NCBI GenBank assembly: GCA_963701025.1
Contig: OY969557.1
Location: 106,405 to 170,404, forward strand
DNA from: an uncultured bacterium
Lineage (GTDB): Bacteria > Patescibacteriota > Minisyncoccia > Phycocordibacterales > PALSA-1337
Direction of reading: 5' to 3'
DNA: 64,000 bases
Shown: one piece after another, positions 29,273 through 39,925 of the stretch
Layout: each line of letters starts with the position of its first letter
Numbering within the stretch: the stretch's first letter is position 1
Made by a program: the position numbers and the translations under genes
The notes under the pieces: model-generated
Seen by the model: the letters and a program-made list of their open reading frames with translations, nothing else
The model's database searches: none
Told to the model about the DNA's origin: nothing

Positions 29273-29593
29273 ATGAAATTGGTTATAAAAAAAGAACTAA
29301 TAAATGGACAATTTAATCTGCATCTATCAATTGCAGACATAAATGCCGAGGAAAGAGATAGACTAATAAAGTTTGGCTCCCCAAGTATTTCTATTGCCCC
29401 TCGATTTACTATTCATCAACTGAAATATGCAGATGCCATTCCTCTACACGAGATAAATGATAGTTTTTCTTTTAATAACGAAAAGGAAGCGATGGTTTTT
29501 CTTGATTTGGTAAAGAATCGGGTGAGTAAGGCAATCACAGATTTAAAATCTAAAGAAGACAAGTTTACTAATCGTGAAGAATATGAGTTCTAA
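29273..29593 (+). CDS. hypothetical protein (low-GC cassette, gene 1)
   Basis: 106 aa, Lys/Glu-rich, no domain recognised. GC is far below the neighbours. A TTTACA-16-TAATAT promoter-like element sits at 29239..29266. Confidence 0.4.
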   Translation: MKLVIKKELINGQFNLHLSIADINAEERDRLIKFGSPSISIAPRFTIHQLKYADAIPLHEINDSFSFNNEKEAMVFLDLVKNRVSKAITDLKSKEDKFTNREEYEF

Positions 29594-30269
29594 TGGTTTA
29601 CAATTTAATACTTCTAAGGTTCTAGGCAGATTAGTTTTTGTAATAGTTTTTGTTGGTATGGTATATGCTGCAATTAACATACCTCAACAGTTTAATACTT
29701 ATGCGAATAGCGTCTTAGTGATAGTTACAGCAATCTACGCATATCTAACATATGAACTTTTATTAAGTACACGTCAAGGTAGAAGCATGCCTTATGTTAA
29801 TGTCGAGTTTATTTTAGTAAACAAACTTGATGATGATTTTCTCAAAAAGAACAGTTCCTTTTTAAGGCCGACTGAAAAATTAAATAAGTTGAGGGAAGAC
29901 CTTAAGAGAACAGAATATAAAATGAATGCTGTTTTTGTTAAGGTTGAAAATATATCAGAGACAATTGCAGTGGACGTTAATTTTGAGACAAACTATGCGA
30001 AGCGTTCACTTTCTGATGAAACACATGCAACTACAAAAACAATTTCCTTTGGTGAATTAAAGAAAGGTGAATCCATAGTAGATATTGTTGATATTTTCGA
30101 GCTACCTTCTGAGAACGATTACTTTAAGATACGTTATTGTACAGTTGAATTTAATGACATTAACGGTAGATATGTGAAAGATAAGCCTATGAAAAATGAC
30201 TTCTCATCATCTGCAAAAGTGACAAATCTCCTAGATGGTATTGGTCTGGCTTTTACATTGAAAGCATAA
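29574..30269 (+). CDS. hypothetical 2-TM membrane protein (low-GC cassette, gene 2)
   Basis: 231 aa. Two hydrophobic helices near the N-terminus, then a 160-aa soluble domain. Overlaps gene 1 by 20 nt. Confidence 0.45.
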   Translation: MKNMSSNGLQFNTSKVLGRLVFVIVFVGMVYAAINIPQQFNTYANSVLVIVTAIYAYLTYELLLSTRQGRSMPYVNVEFILVNKLDDDFLKKNSSFLRPTEKLNKLREDLKRTEYKMNAVFVKVENISETIAVDVNFETNYAKRSLSDETHATTKTISFGELKKGESIVDIVDIFELPSENDYFKIRYCTVEFNDINGRYVKDKPMKNDFSSSAKVTNLLDGIGLAFTLKA

Positions 30270-30306
30270 TTTTTGCATCACAACTTTATAGGCGTATACT
30301 TGGGTT

Positions 30307-31473
30307 ATGGAACCCCTAGCATCCAAAATCCGCCCAACATCCCTCGCCGAATTCGTCGGACAGGAACACCTGGTTGCCAAGGGCAAAGCCCTCTACCAGG
30401 CCATTCACGACCGGCACCTCTTTTCATTCCTCCTCTGGGGACCGCCAGGGACTGGCAAGACCACATTGGCCAAGATCTATGCCCGCGCCTTGAATGCTCG
30501 GCTCTATGAGCTCTCGGCTGTCTCGGCCGGCAAGGACGATATCAGGAAGATCGTTGATGAGCCGGACACCCTCATGGAGCAACGCCCCAAGCTCCTTTTC
30601 CTCGACGAGATACACCGCTTCAACAAGGCCCAGCAGGACTTCCTCCTGCCGTATGTGGAGTCGGGCAAACTCACCCTTATCGGCGCTACCACGGAGAATC
30701 CGAGCTTCGAAGTCATTCCCGCTCTCTTGTCGCGTTGTCGTGTCTTTGTCCTGCAGTCACTGTCCGAGGCTGACATCAAGGCGATCGTCAAAAGGACCAA
30801 GATCAAATTGCCCAAACCGGCTCTCGAATGGTTGGCGGCACTATCCAACGGTGACGCCCGCATCGCCATCACGGCCATTGAGAATTGCCAACGCCTCTAT
30901 GGGCCCATCACCCTCGAAAATCTCAAGAACACCTTCGAGCACGCCTTTATCCGTTTTGATAAGAAAGGGGAAGAGCACTACGACACCATCAGTGCCTTCA
31001 TCAAAAGCATGCGCGCCGGGGACGCTGACGCGGCCATCTATTATCTGGCCCGCATGCTCGAAGGCGGCGAAGACCCCAAATTCATCGCCCGTCGCATGGT
31101 CGTGTTCGCCAGCGAAGACATCGGTCTGGCCCAGCCTACAGCTCTCGTCGTTGCCAATGCCGTCTTTGCCGCCGTCGAATATATTGGTTTGCCCGAATGC
31201 CACGAGAATCTCGCCCATGGCGTGGCCTACCTCGCCCTTGCCGCCAAAGATCGCAGCGCCTACGACGCCTACATGGAGGCTTTGTCCGATGTAAAGAAGA
31301 CAGGGAACTTGCCGATTCCCTTAAAGATCCGCAACGCGCCGACGAAATTGATGAAAGATTTGAATTATGGAAAAGGGTACGAAAAGTACCCAAAGAAGCC
31401 CGGCGCCGCCGAAGACAGCTATTTGCCGGAAAAATTGAAGGGGAAGAAGTATTTGAGGAGGCCGAAGAAATAA
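30307..31473 (+). CDS. rarA: replication-associated recombination protein A (AAA+ ATPase RarA/MgsA)
   Basis: [29 protein letters not shown] (Walker A), [16 protein letters not shown] (Walker B/sensor 1) and a MgsA C-terminal domain. Confidence 0.85.
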   Translation: MEPLASKIRPTSLAEFVGQEHLVAKGKALYQAIHDRHLFSFLLWGPPGTGKTTLAKIYARALNARLYELSAVSAGKDDIRKIVDEPDTLMEQRPKLLFLDEIHRFNKAQQDFLLPYVESGKLTLIGATTENPSFEVIPALLSRCRVFVLQSLSEADIKAIVKRTKIKLPKPALEWLAALSNGDARIAITAIENCQRLYGPITLENLKNTFEHAFIRFDKKGEEHYDTISAFIKSMRAGDADAAIYYLARMLEGGEDPKFIARRMVVFASEDIGLAQPTALVVANAVFAAVEYIGLPECHENLAHGVAYLALAAKDRSAYDAYMEALSDVKKTGNLPIPLKIRNAPTKLMKDLNYGKGYEKYPKKPGAAEDSYLPEKLKGKKYLRRPKK

Positions 31474-31623
31474 AAGCTGGACAAAAATTTAAATAGTAGT
31501 AATGTCATGTCAGATAGTGACGCTCTCTATACCTATCAAGACCATGAAAAGTCGGGGCGGCTGAAATCGTCCTGATGACAATAAAGTCCTTGGTTTCTGA
31601 ACGGGAGCATTTGAAAGACAGTT

Positions 31624-32265
31624 ATGAACATTAATAAATTGGCGAAATTGGCAAAAAAGAACGACTCGACTCTAGTCGTCTTGGTCAATCGGTGGATGCT
31701 TGGTGGTAAAAACGCGAATCCAATTCCGGATGTGTTGTTGCTGGCTAAAGTAATAACATGGGGATCTGTGGGTTTTTGGACTCTTATGTTATGGGTCGGT
31801 TGGGATTTTATTGCACATAATAAATCTCATCACATACCCGACCCTATAATGCCATTTATGCCGGAATTGCTCGTGGCCATTATCGAAGTTATTGTTTGGT
31901 GGAAGGTGGTCGTCTTCGTGAGAAGGATCTCAAGTGCAAGAAATGCAAATAAATTCTGCGACACGATAACACTCATTGAACGGCTTCTGAAGGAAGCGAA
32001 CTGGGCTGATGACGTATGGGAAAGTGATCAATTCCTTCGAGGAGGAAGGGATGTTGCTGAAGTTCACCTTTATTCCCTGGCACAACGCATCAAGGATTTT
32101 GAGAAAATCCCTTGGCGCAACAAGGAAGCAGAGGCGGTACGTAAAGAGCTTGACGACAAGCTTCAAACTTTGACACTGTTAATATTGTTACCTTCAGATA
32201 AGCGGACATACTTTACTAATCGTCCTCAGCCTCGACTCGAAAAAATGGCGATTGATGCCCATTGA
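31624..32265 (+). CDS. hypothetical membrane protein
   Basis: 213 aa with two to three hydrophobic helices. No family recognised. Lower GC than flanks. Confidence 0.4.
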   Translation: MNINKLAKLAKKNDSTLVVLVNRWMLGGKNANPIPDVLLLAKVITWGSVGFWTLMLWVGWDFIAHNKSHHIPDPIMPFMPELLVAIIEVIVWWKVVVFVRRISSARNANKFCDTITLIERLLKEANWADDVWESDQFLRGGRDVAEVHLYSLAQRIKDFEKIPWRNKEAEAVRKELDDKLQTLTLLILLPSDKRTYFTNRPQPRLEKMAIDAH

Positions 32266-32367
32266 GTTCTGTTTTTAAGTACCATCGCGCCACCTCCTCC
32301 CAGGTTGGCGCTTTTTTGTTGTGTTAAAATAAACTCGTCAGCATTACCATCTTTATACAATATCAAC

Positions 32368-32853
32368 ATGCAAGAACCTGACGAGAATTGGAACTTGAAA
32401 CAGATCGGCGGCTGGAAGGGTTTTGTGAGACAGCTCTACCGCCATCACAAACCGTCCGGCGGGGCGCTCATATTGCGCATCGCCCTCGGGTTACTCTTCA
32501 TCTCCGAAGGCTGGACAAAGCTCCATGACCTAGCCGGTACTATCAAATTCTTTGACATGCTCGGCTTCTCCGGCCCGGCTGGATGGGTCATGCTCGTGGC
32601 CTATGTCGAGCTCATTGGCGGCATTCTCATACTTCTCGGCTTATTGACTAAACCAGTTTGCGTCGCTCTGGCCATCGAGATGGCTGTCATAATCTGGGGC
32701 GTTTCGTCGCACGGCGGCGCTTTCTGGGGGCATCCATTCGAATTTTTCCTCTTGCTCGCCCTCTTATCTCTCTACATCGGCGGGCCTGGCAAATACTCCC
32801 TGGCGCATTTGTGGTTGAGGAGGAAAGCCATTACGGTGGGGAAAATGGTTTAA
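32368..32853 (+). CDS. DoxX-family membrane protein
   Basis: GALILRIALGLLFISEGWTKL plus three further TM helices, typical DoxX topology. The Met at 32368 is the likely start. Confidence 0.55.
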   Translation: MQEPDENWNLKQIGGWKGFVRQLYRHHKPSGGALILRIALGLLFISEGWTKLHDLAGTIKFFDMLGFSGPAGWVMLVAYVELIGGILILLGLLTKPVCVALAIEMAVIIWGVSSHGGAFWGHPFEFFLLLALLSLYIGGPGKYSLAHLWLRRKAITVGKMV

Positions 32854-32908
32854 TGTAAGTATAAAAAAACACCGGCATCCTCGAGGGAAACCGGCGTACG
32901 AAAGGAAG

Positions 32909-33691
32909 TCAGCGCGGATGGTGTTGAAGCCATTCACGCACTTCATTGAAGAGCTGTTTGCTGCCGTCGGGCTCGCAGTGCACCATGTGACCCGCGTTTT
33001 CGACGATGTACGGCGTACTACCTCGGTGGAACCGCCAGAGCTGGCGTTGAGAGGCCAGCGTGAGCAATTGATCTCGTCCAGCGGCCACGACGAGCATCGG
33101 ACGCGTGACCGGCTTGACCGGGTATTGTCGGAGCAACACTTGGCGTGTGGCCAGACCTGATTCCAAGCCGAGCGTTATGGTAGCTTTGCCGCAGACGAAC
33201 CTTTCGTCATCCGGCGTCAACCGAAATGCGCGGCCGGTCGCCATCGCCCAGATGTATTGCGGGCGGGTGAAACGGAGTTGGAAGGGCACACCGTCAATTC
33301 CAGGCACGCCGGGAGGCGAGCTGGCGATGACGATAAGTCCTTGCACCAATTCGGGGACCCGGTTGGCGACTTTCTGACAGACGAGGCCCATCATGGAGTG
33401 AGCCATGAGATAGGCCGGGCCGTTCCGTTTCAGGAACTCAACCAGGTCGTCCTCATAAGTCGAGAGGGACAGGTTATGCGGCGGATCTTCGAACCCGTGG
33501 CCGCGCAGGTTGGCGGTATAGATTTCATAGCCGGGCAATTCATGCCGCGCGCTGTCCCATTGATCCGGGGCCACCATGTGGCAGACGCTCCACGCGCCGG
33601 ACACGGTGATGATGCGGGTCAATTGAACGGTCTGTTTCGGCCGCGGCGGGATATGCCTACCGGTGAAGCCGGCGATCGTTTTCGGTGTCAT
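32909..33691 (-). CDS. alpha/beta-hydrolase fold protein
   Basis: Nucleophile elbow AHSMMG (GxSxG) and C-terminal ENAGHMVH (catalytic His region). Confidence 0.6.
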   Translation of the reverse strand: MTPKTIAGFTGRHIPPRPKQTVQLTRIITVSGAWSVCHMVAPDQWDSARHELPGYEIYTANLRGHGFEDPPHNLSLSTYEDDLVEFLKRNGPAYLMAHSMMGLVCQKVANRVPELVQGLIVIASSPPGVPGIDGVPFQLRFTRPQYIWAMATGRAFRLTPDDERFVCGKATITLGLESGLATRQVLLRQYPVKPVTRPMLVVAAGRDQLLTLASQRQLWRFHRGSTPYIVENAGHMVHCEPDGSKQLFNEVREWLQHHPR

Positions 33692-33783
33692 AATTCAAAT
33701 CCTTCGGTTTTCTGTTGTCGGCGAGCTGCAGAACCATCACGATAACGGTTCTGCCGACATAATAACCTTTTTGACACTATTTG

Positions 33784-34758
33784 TCAAATTGTGGTCTGGT
33801 AGGGAAATGCATGATTTGATGCGGATACCCAGCGTATTTTTCCATTCCTGCGGAACCATGTCATTTGGCGCCGGGCGTATTGCCATGTTGCCGCGTTTAA
33901 TCGTTCTATCATGACTTCTTTCGATATGAGGCCGCGGAGATAGCGCGAAATATAGCGATATTCGAGGCCGAGCTCTTCCATGCGCGCCCATGACAATCCT
34001 TTGCCGGCCGCCGGAGCATGTAGCCGGCTGACGGATGTCGGGGCATGCAAACGCCTGACCTCAGCGATCATGCCGGCTTTCAGACGCCGAAGCAGGCGCG
34101 CTCGTATGCGTTTTCTCAATTCCTCCGGCCTAATTTTTATACCTATGAAATAGGCCTTGTATGGCTGGCGACTATGTCTCGCTGACGCCACTTTAGTTGA
34201 GTAAAGTGGCGCGTCGGAAGAGTGTCTACCTCCAGCGATCGCCATTGAAGCGATCTCTATAGCCCTTATAAGCCGACGGGCGTTTTTCCTATCTGACGGA
34301 TTTGCATTGATCACCTGCCATCGCCTCCTGTCAATACGCTTCAGCATGGCCTGTAGTTCATCCAGAGACATCTTCGAGAGCCGCTTGCGTAGCTTTGCGT
34401 CAGGCCCGACCGGAGGCAACTCTATTGTCCCGACGAGAGCGTCGATATATAACCCAGTGCCGCCGCATATTATGGGTATCTTTCCCCGTGAGACGATGTC
34501 GTCGACCGCTTTCCCCGCCGATTTTTTATATTGATGAACATCGAACCGTCTTTTCGGATCGGCCACGTCCAAGAGATGGTGCCGCACACCCCGCATCTCT
34601 TTTTTCGTGATCTTGCCTGTGCCCAGGTCCAATCCTCTGTATACCTGCCGCGAATCGGCAGAGATGATTTCGCCATCGAGCTTCCGCGCCAGCTTTACCG
34701 CCAGGGCGCTCTTGCCGGAGGCAGTCGGGCCGACGATGACGAGTAGTTTCGGTTTCAT
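33784..34758 (-). CDS. miaA: tRNA dimethylallyltransferase
   Basis: MKPKLLVIVGPTASGKSALAVKLA..IISADSRQVYRGLDLGTGK. The ATG lies 2 nt after the tRNA-Leu(CAA) 3' end. The 608-aa ORF in the track is a read-through across the tRNA. Confidence 0.8.
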   Translation of the reverse strand: MKPKLLVIVGPTASGKSALAVKLARKLDGEIISADSRQVYRGLDLGTGKITKKEMRGVRHHLLDVADPKRRFDVHQYKKSAGKAVDDIVSRGKIPIICGGTGLYIDALVGTIELPPVGPDAKLRKRLSKMSLDELQAMLKRIDRRRWQVINANPSDRKNARRLIRAIEIASMAIAGGRHSSDAPLYSTKVASARHSRQPYKAYFIGIKIRPEELRKRIRARLLRRLKAGMIAEVRRLHAPTSVSRLHAPAAGKGLSWARMEELGLEYRYISRYLRGLISKEVMIERLNAATWQYARRQMTWFRRNGKIRWVSASNHAFPYQTTI

Positions 34759-34760
34759 TG

Positions 34761-34842
34761 TGCCGGGAGGGAGAATCGAACTCCCATGGATCACTCCGCA
34801 CGATTTTGAGTCGTGTGCGTCTACCAATTCCGCCATCCCGGC
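34761..34842 (-). tRNA. tRNA-Leu (anticodon CAA), type II
   Basis: Reverse complement GCCGGGATGGCGGAATTGGTAGACGCACACGACTCAAAATCGTGCGGAGTGATCCATGGGAGTTCGATTCTCCCTCCCGGCA. Anticodon loop CTCAAAA. Confidence 0.8.
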
Positions 34843-34861
34843 AGTATGGTAAAATATACAC

Positions 34862-35833
34862 ATGTCCAACGCATATGTAAACAACGCCGTCTTCTGGGTG
34901 GAAGTGGAAAAGATATCGCCTAATCCGTTCCAGCCGCGCAAAGAATTCGACGAGAGCGCGTTGCAAAGCCTGGCTGAATCTATCCGCATGTACGGCGTGC
35001 TCCAGCCACTGGTCGTCACTCGCAAGGAGGTCTTCCGCCAGCCGACGGAGGGCGGCGGTATGACCGTGGAATACGAGCTCATATCCGGAGAGCGCCGCCT
35101 GCGCGCCGCCAGCAAGGCCGGTCTGTCACAGGTGCCGGTCCTCATCAGAAACGGCGAGGACGGCGCTCGGGAGAAGCTCGAAATGGCCATAATAGAGAAC
35201 CTCCAGCGCGAGGATATCAACTCCGTCGAGCGGGCTCGGGCTTTCGAACGGCTGATCAAGGAATTCAAGTTGAAGCAGTCCGAAGTGGCCGCCAAAGTCG
35301 GCAAGAGCCGCGAATACGTGGCCAACACCCTGCGCATACTCCTTTTGCCGGAAGAGATCATAACCGCCCTCGGCGAAGGCAAGATATCCGAAGGCCATAC
35401 CCGGCCCCTCCTTATGCTCGCTGACAAGCCGCAGGAACAGGCGGTCCTGTTCAAGGAGATCATGGCCAAGAAGCTCTCCGTCCGCGAGGCCGAATCCCTA
35501 TCGCGCCGCGCCGCCACCGACCGTATCCGCAACAAGGAGAAATATCTCGACCCCGTCATCATAGAGATGGAAAAGTCGTTCACCGAGACCCTAGGCACTA
35601 GGGTGCGCATAGAAAAGGGTAAAGAGGGAGGTAAAGTGACGATAGACTTCTTTTCGCCCGACGACCTGCGGGCGATGTTGGAGAAGATGAGCGGGAAAGA
35701 AGTGGAGAGGGCTAAAAAGGAGACCGCCGTAAAACAAGACGCGGGAGCAGCGGCCGTCGATGATCGTCCGGCGACGGAGATAAAAAAAGACGAGAATGAG
35801 GATATCTATTCGCTGAAGAATTTCAGCATATAG
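34862..35833 (+). CDS. parB: chromosome partitioning protein ParB/Spo0J
   Basis: ParB box GERRLRAA, ENLQRED, and an HTH (SQSEVAAKVGKSREYVANTLRIL). Confidence 0.8.
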   Translation: MSNAYVNNAVFWVEVEKISPNPFQPRKEFDESALQSLAESIRMYGVLQPLVVTRKEVFRQPTEGGGMTVEYELISGERRLRAASKAGLSQVPVLIRNGEDGAREKLEMAIIENLQREDINSVERARAFERLIKEFKLKQSEVAAKVGKSREYVANTLRILLLPEEIITALGEGKISEGHTRPLLMLADKPQEQAVLFKEIMAKKLSVREAESLSRRAATDRIRNKEKYLDPVIIEMEKSFTETLGTRVRIEKGKEGGKVTIDFFSPDDLRAMLEKMSGKEVERAKKETAVKQDAGAAAVDDRPATEIKKDENEDIYSLKNFSI

Positions 35834-36527
35834 TCGCTTCGCTCCTTTTCCGACTTCGCTCGAACGCCGAGTGTGCAAGCACCCGCGCGCTTCTCGCTCG
35901 TCGGAATAAAATACTAGACCCTCCACCCGCACTTCCGACTTTCGTCAGAGATGCGAGGGAGGGCCTGGCTACGTGAACTTCAAGTTTGTGAAGACTGGAC
36001 GCTTTATAGGAACGATCACCTCGAGCATTTCTTTGGGATTGCCCGCTACATAATCACTTCCGATATTTTGTGCACCCAGACGAATGGCTGCGAAGATGGG
36101 GTTTTGCTGCCGCTAAGGCCGCCCCGTCATTGACATACCATTCAACATTGAGCATTGACTGCCGGTCGAGCTCCCGATTTCGGCTCTTCCGATCCATCAC
36201 TCCTGTTCAGGAGTGTTACCCTCGTCCACCCACAGAGACGCTTTCTCTGTGTGCCTCGCGGCGCGATGAACTCCATAGGGAGTCTTTGCGTTAGCGTTTT
36301 TCAATGCGATGTAACTTTTTTCAATCGGTTTCACCCGATCGGATCAGCCCGATTGCTCGGACCTTTCAATTGACATTTTCCCTCTGTTCGACTTTCGCCT
36401 AGCTTTGGGAATCTCCACTCAACCTGCTGCTGGTGCTAAATATACTCCACCAAAAAATGTCCGCAAGCCACTTTTAACCGATTTCGGGGAAAAGTCTGTG
36501 GATAGGCTGGGGATAATAACGGATTCA

Positions 36528-38818
36528 TTACTCGACTCTCTTTTCCTTGCGGAACCCTCTAGGTTTCTTGGCTATGGCCAGTAACTCGAGCGCCCTTTCG
36601 AGGGTCATGTCATAGACGTCATCCGGCGGCTTGACGGAGCGGAAATCGCCATCGGAGACGACATACGGGCCGAAGCGGCCGATGGAAGCAGTGACGGTCT
36701 TGCCGGTTTTTGGATCGATGCCGAGAGCGCGCGGCAAGCTCAAATATTTAAGGGCCTCGGCGATAGTGACTTTAGAAGGGTCCATGGTCTTGGGAATCGA
36801 GGCCATGCGAGGTTTGACCGGTCTGGGAGCTATCGGGTCGCCCTTTTTGCGCTTGGCCGGTTTTGGCAACTTCACCCCCAATTGGACATAAGGCCCGAAC
36901 CTGCCGTTCAAGACGAATATCGGCAGGCCGCTCGCGGGATCGACGCCTAAGGCCACGTCTTTTTTGTATTCCATGCCGTCTAGGGAAAGAGCGCCGTCAC
37001 AGTCCGGATAGCGCGAGCAGGAGAGGAATTTGCCGCCGCGACCGAGCTTGATCTCCATCGGCGAAGCGCCGCATTTCGGGCATTTATATTTGGCGTCGGC
37101 GGCGCCGAGGTTGGTGGCTTTGGCCAGCTTGTCTTTTGATTTCACCTCCTTGTCAAAAGGACCGTAGAAGTCTGACAAGGTCTTTATATAGGTGCGCTCG
37201 CCGGTCGCGATCTCGTCCAGCTCGATCTTCCATATTGGCGGTGAAAGTGTCGCTGATATAAGTGGGAAAATTCTCCTCAAGAAAAGACGATACGACGTCG
37301 CCGGTATCCGTCGGCTTCAGGGCACGGCCTTCTTTTTCCACATAGCCGCGGTCTTCTATAGTGCGGGTGATAGACGCATAAGTTGACGGCCTGCCTATGC
37401 CGCGCTTCTCGAGCTCCTTGATGAGGCCGGCTTCGGTGTAGCGCGCCGGCGGCTGGGTCTGCTTCTCCAATGCCTCGATGGAGACGAGGTCGAGCCTTTC
37501 ATCCTTTGCGCATTTTGGCAGAGTCACTTCTTCGCCGTTCGATTCCGGATCGGCCTTGAGCCAGCCGTCGTATATGATGCGCGAGCCGTTGGCGATGAAA
37601 TCCGGGATCGTGGTATCGACCCGAGCGCTGGTCGCACCGTCGCCTGTCACATTGGCGATTATCTTCGTCCTCGCCACGCTCGCGTCCGCCATCTGCGAAG
37701 CGACCGCGCGTTGCCAAATGAGCCGATAAAGTCTCTTCTGTTCGTCATTGTGCCCGGCCGAAAGCTTATCGAAATGAGAAGGGCGGATGGCTTCGTGGGC
37801 TTCCTGGGCGTTCTTGCTCTTCGTCGCGTATGTCCTGAACTGGAGATATTCTTTGCCGTATTGCTTCTCTATGATACCGGCGATCTGGCCCAAGGCTTGC
37901 TGGCCGAGATTGGTCGAGTCGGTGCGCATATAGGTGATATAGCCGGACTCATAGAGCTTTTGGGCTATGCCCATGGTGCGCGACGGGGAAAAGCCGAGCC
38001 GCGAACTGGCGGCTTGTTGGAGAGTGGAGGTGATGAATGGCGCCCGCGGCTGGCGTTTTTGCTCCGACTCCTCTATGTCTTTTACATGCCATTTTTCTGC
38101 CCGAGCTATGGTTAGGGTTGCAATCGACCTCTTTCTTATCGCGCGGTTCTTCGACGCAGGTCAATTTCAAATCCCACCGCATATTTGCGTCTTTATTCTT
38201 TTCCGTCTTGAAAAGCCCTTCTATGACCCAATATGTTTCCGGCTTGAATGCCCGGATCTCGCGTTCGCGTTCCATGATGATGCGCAGGGCGGGGGATTGG
38301 ACTCGGCCGGCGGAAAGGCCGTAGCGCACTTTTTTCCATATCAAACCGGACAAATCGTAGCCGACAAGTCGATCCAAGACGCGCCGGGCTTCCTGGGCCT
38401 CGCGAAGATGCTCGTCGATGGCGCGCGGCTGTTTCAGGGCCTCCTCGACGGCTTCCTTGGTCACTTCATGGTAAGTGATGCGCTTGATCTCTCTTTTCGG
38501 CACGGTGCCGCCGAGCTTCTTATCCGTCAGCAATTCCTGCAAGTGCCAGGCGATGGCCTCGCCCTCGCGGTCTGGGTCGGTAGCTATCAGTATCTCGTCG
38601 GCTTTGGCGGCCTCTTTTCTGATGTCGGCGATAATGTCCGTCTTCTTGGCCACGACTTCGTAATGCGGCACGAAGCCGCCCTCGATGTCGATGGCTTTCT
38701 TGTTGGACTTTGGCAGGTCGCGCACGTGGCCGACTGAAGCCAGGACGTGGAAATCCTTGCCCAGATATTTGGAGATGGTCTTTGCCTTCGAAGGCGACTC
38801 GACGATGACGAGTTTCAT
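36528..38818 (-). pseudogene. topA: DNA topoisomerase I gene split by two frameshifts into three ORFs
   Basis: TOPRIM N-terminus (MKLVIVESPSKAKTISKYLG..), the catalytic core (..GYITYMRTDS..) and the C-terminal Zn-ribbon region (CPKCGAS..) lie in ORFs 37949..38818, 37153..37974 and 36528..37280. The frame changes near 38130 and 37250. Confidence 0.75.
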
Positions 38819-38867
38819 TGCGGCTAAGTATTACACGAGGAAGGGTAAATGTGCAAAAGGTAATGCA

Positions 38868-39815
38868 TTAATTGACTGTCAACAATCCTTGTCTCTCTGT
38901 AATCACCCCTTTCATCTCCAGCTCGACTAATATCGAATTCACGTACCCAGCCGGTAAAGCCAATTCGCGGATGAGATCGTCGCGAGATATCGGTGCGGCG
39001 AGCATTTGAATGATACTCTTTTCATCTGTCGAGAGCGCGCCTGAAAAGATGGGATTCGTTAACAGCGAGTGGATGGGCTGATCTACTTGCTCAGACCCCC
39101 TTTTTCGAATCTTGCTGTGACAAGATTTGCCGAGAGAGGTGTCAGCATAGGTGATAAGTCCCAGCTCCTCAAGGATATCGGCTGAAGATGTCACGGGCCG
39201 AGCGCCATCCTTCATGAGCTCAAGCGGCTTAGCGGACAGTTCGGAGAATATGGAACCGGGCACGATGAGGACGTCACGACCATGTTTAAGAGCCGCTTCT
39301 ATGGTGGACCAGGTGCCGGACTCCGTGCGTGCTTCGATGACCAGAGTGGCATGGGATATACCCGCCATGAGTGCGTTCCTAGTAGGGAATGTCCAATCTG
39401 TCGCTCCTTGATCCGATTTGAACGGCGAGACGAGCGCGCCGCCAGCCTCGACGATCTTTCTGGCCAGCGGCCTCTTCGACGGGGGATATAAGACATTCGG
39501 CGCGAGTCCCGAACCGGGAAAGGCGACCGTTTTCAGACCGGATTCCAAAGCCGCTTCATGGGCTATTGAGTCGATGCCGATAGCCAGTCCGGAGACGATG
39601 ACGACCGGATAACCGGCGAGACCGGCGATAAGCCTTCTGCAGGCGTCTTCTCCATAAGTGCTGTGCGCGCGAGATCCGACCACGCAGAGGAATTTGTGCG
39701 TTTCCGGCGGCATGGCACCGACCATATCCATGCTTTTGGGCAGTCTCTTCAATTGTTGAAGTAAGAAAGGGTATTGGTCCCTCGGTAGTTTTTGTATGTT
39801 CATCGGCGTATCCAT
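38868..39815 (-). CDS. dprA: DNA-processing protein DprA (Smf)
   Basis: Rossmann-like core VVIVSGLAIGIDSIAHEAAL, YPPSKRPL and a C-terminal winged helix. Confidence 0.75.
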   Translation of the reverse strand: MDTPMNIQKLPRDQYPFLLQQLKRLPKSMDMVGAMPPETHKFLCVVGSRAHSTYGEDACRRLIAGLAGYPVVIVSGLAIGIDSIAHEAALESGLKTVAFPGSGLAPNVLYPPSKRPLARKIVEAGGALVSPFKSDQGATDWTFPTRNALMAGISHATLVIEARTESGTWSTIEAALKHGRDVLIVPGSIFSELSAKPLELMKDGARPVTSSADILEELGLITYADTSLGKSCHSKIRKRGSEQVDQPIHSLLTNPIFSGALSTDEKSIIQMLAAPISRDDLIRELALPAGYVNSILVELEMKGVITERQGLLTVN

Positions 39816-39925
39816 AGCGTCAACATAGCATAGCGGTGATAAAGAAATGATGAAGAAACGCTCAAGAAACGATGAAGATTTTCCGCCAGGTTTAACCTTA
39901 AAAGGAAAAGTGCTACACTATATCC

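Noticed and set aside
33784-35610. 608-aa ORF on the minus strand
   Set aside because: Only the last 325 codons (miaA) are genuine. The N-terminal 280 codons read through tRNA-Leu(CAA) (peptide MAELVDAHDSKSCG is a translated tRNA) and antisense to parB.
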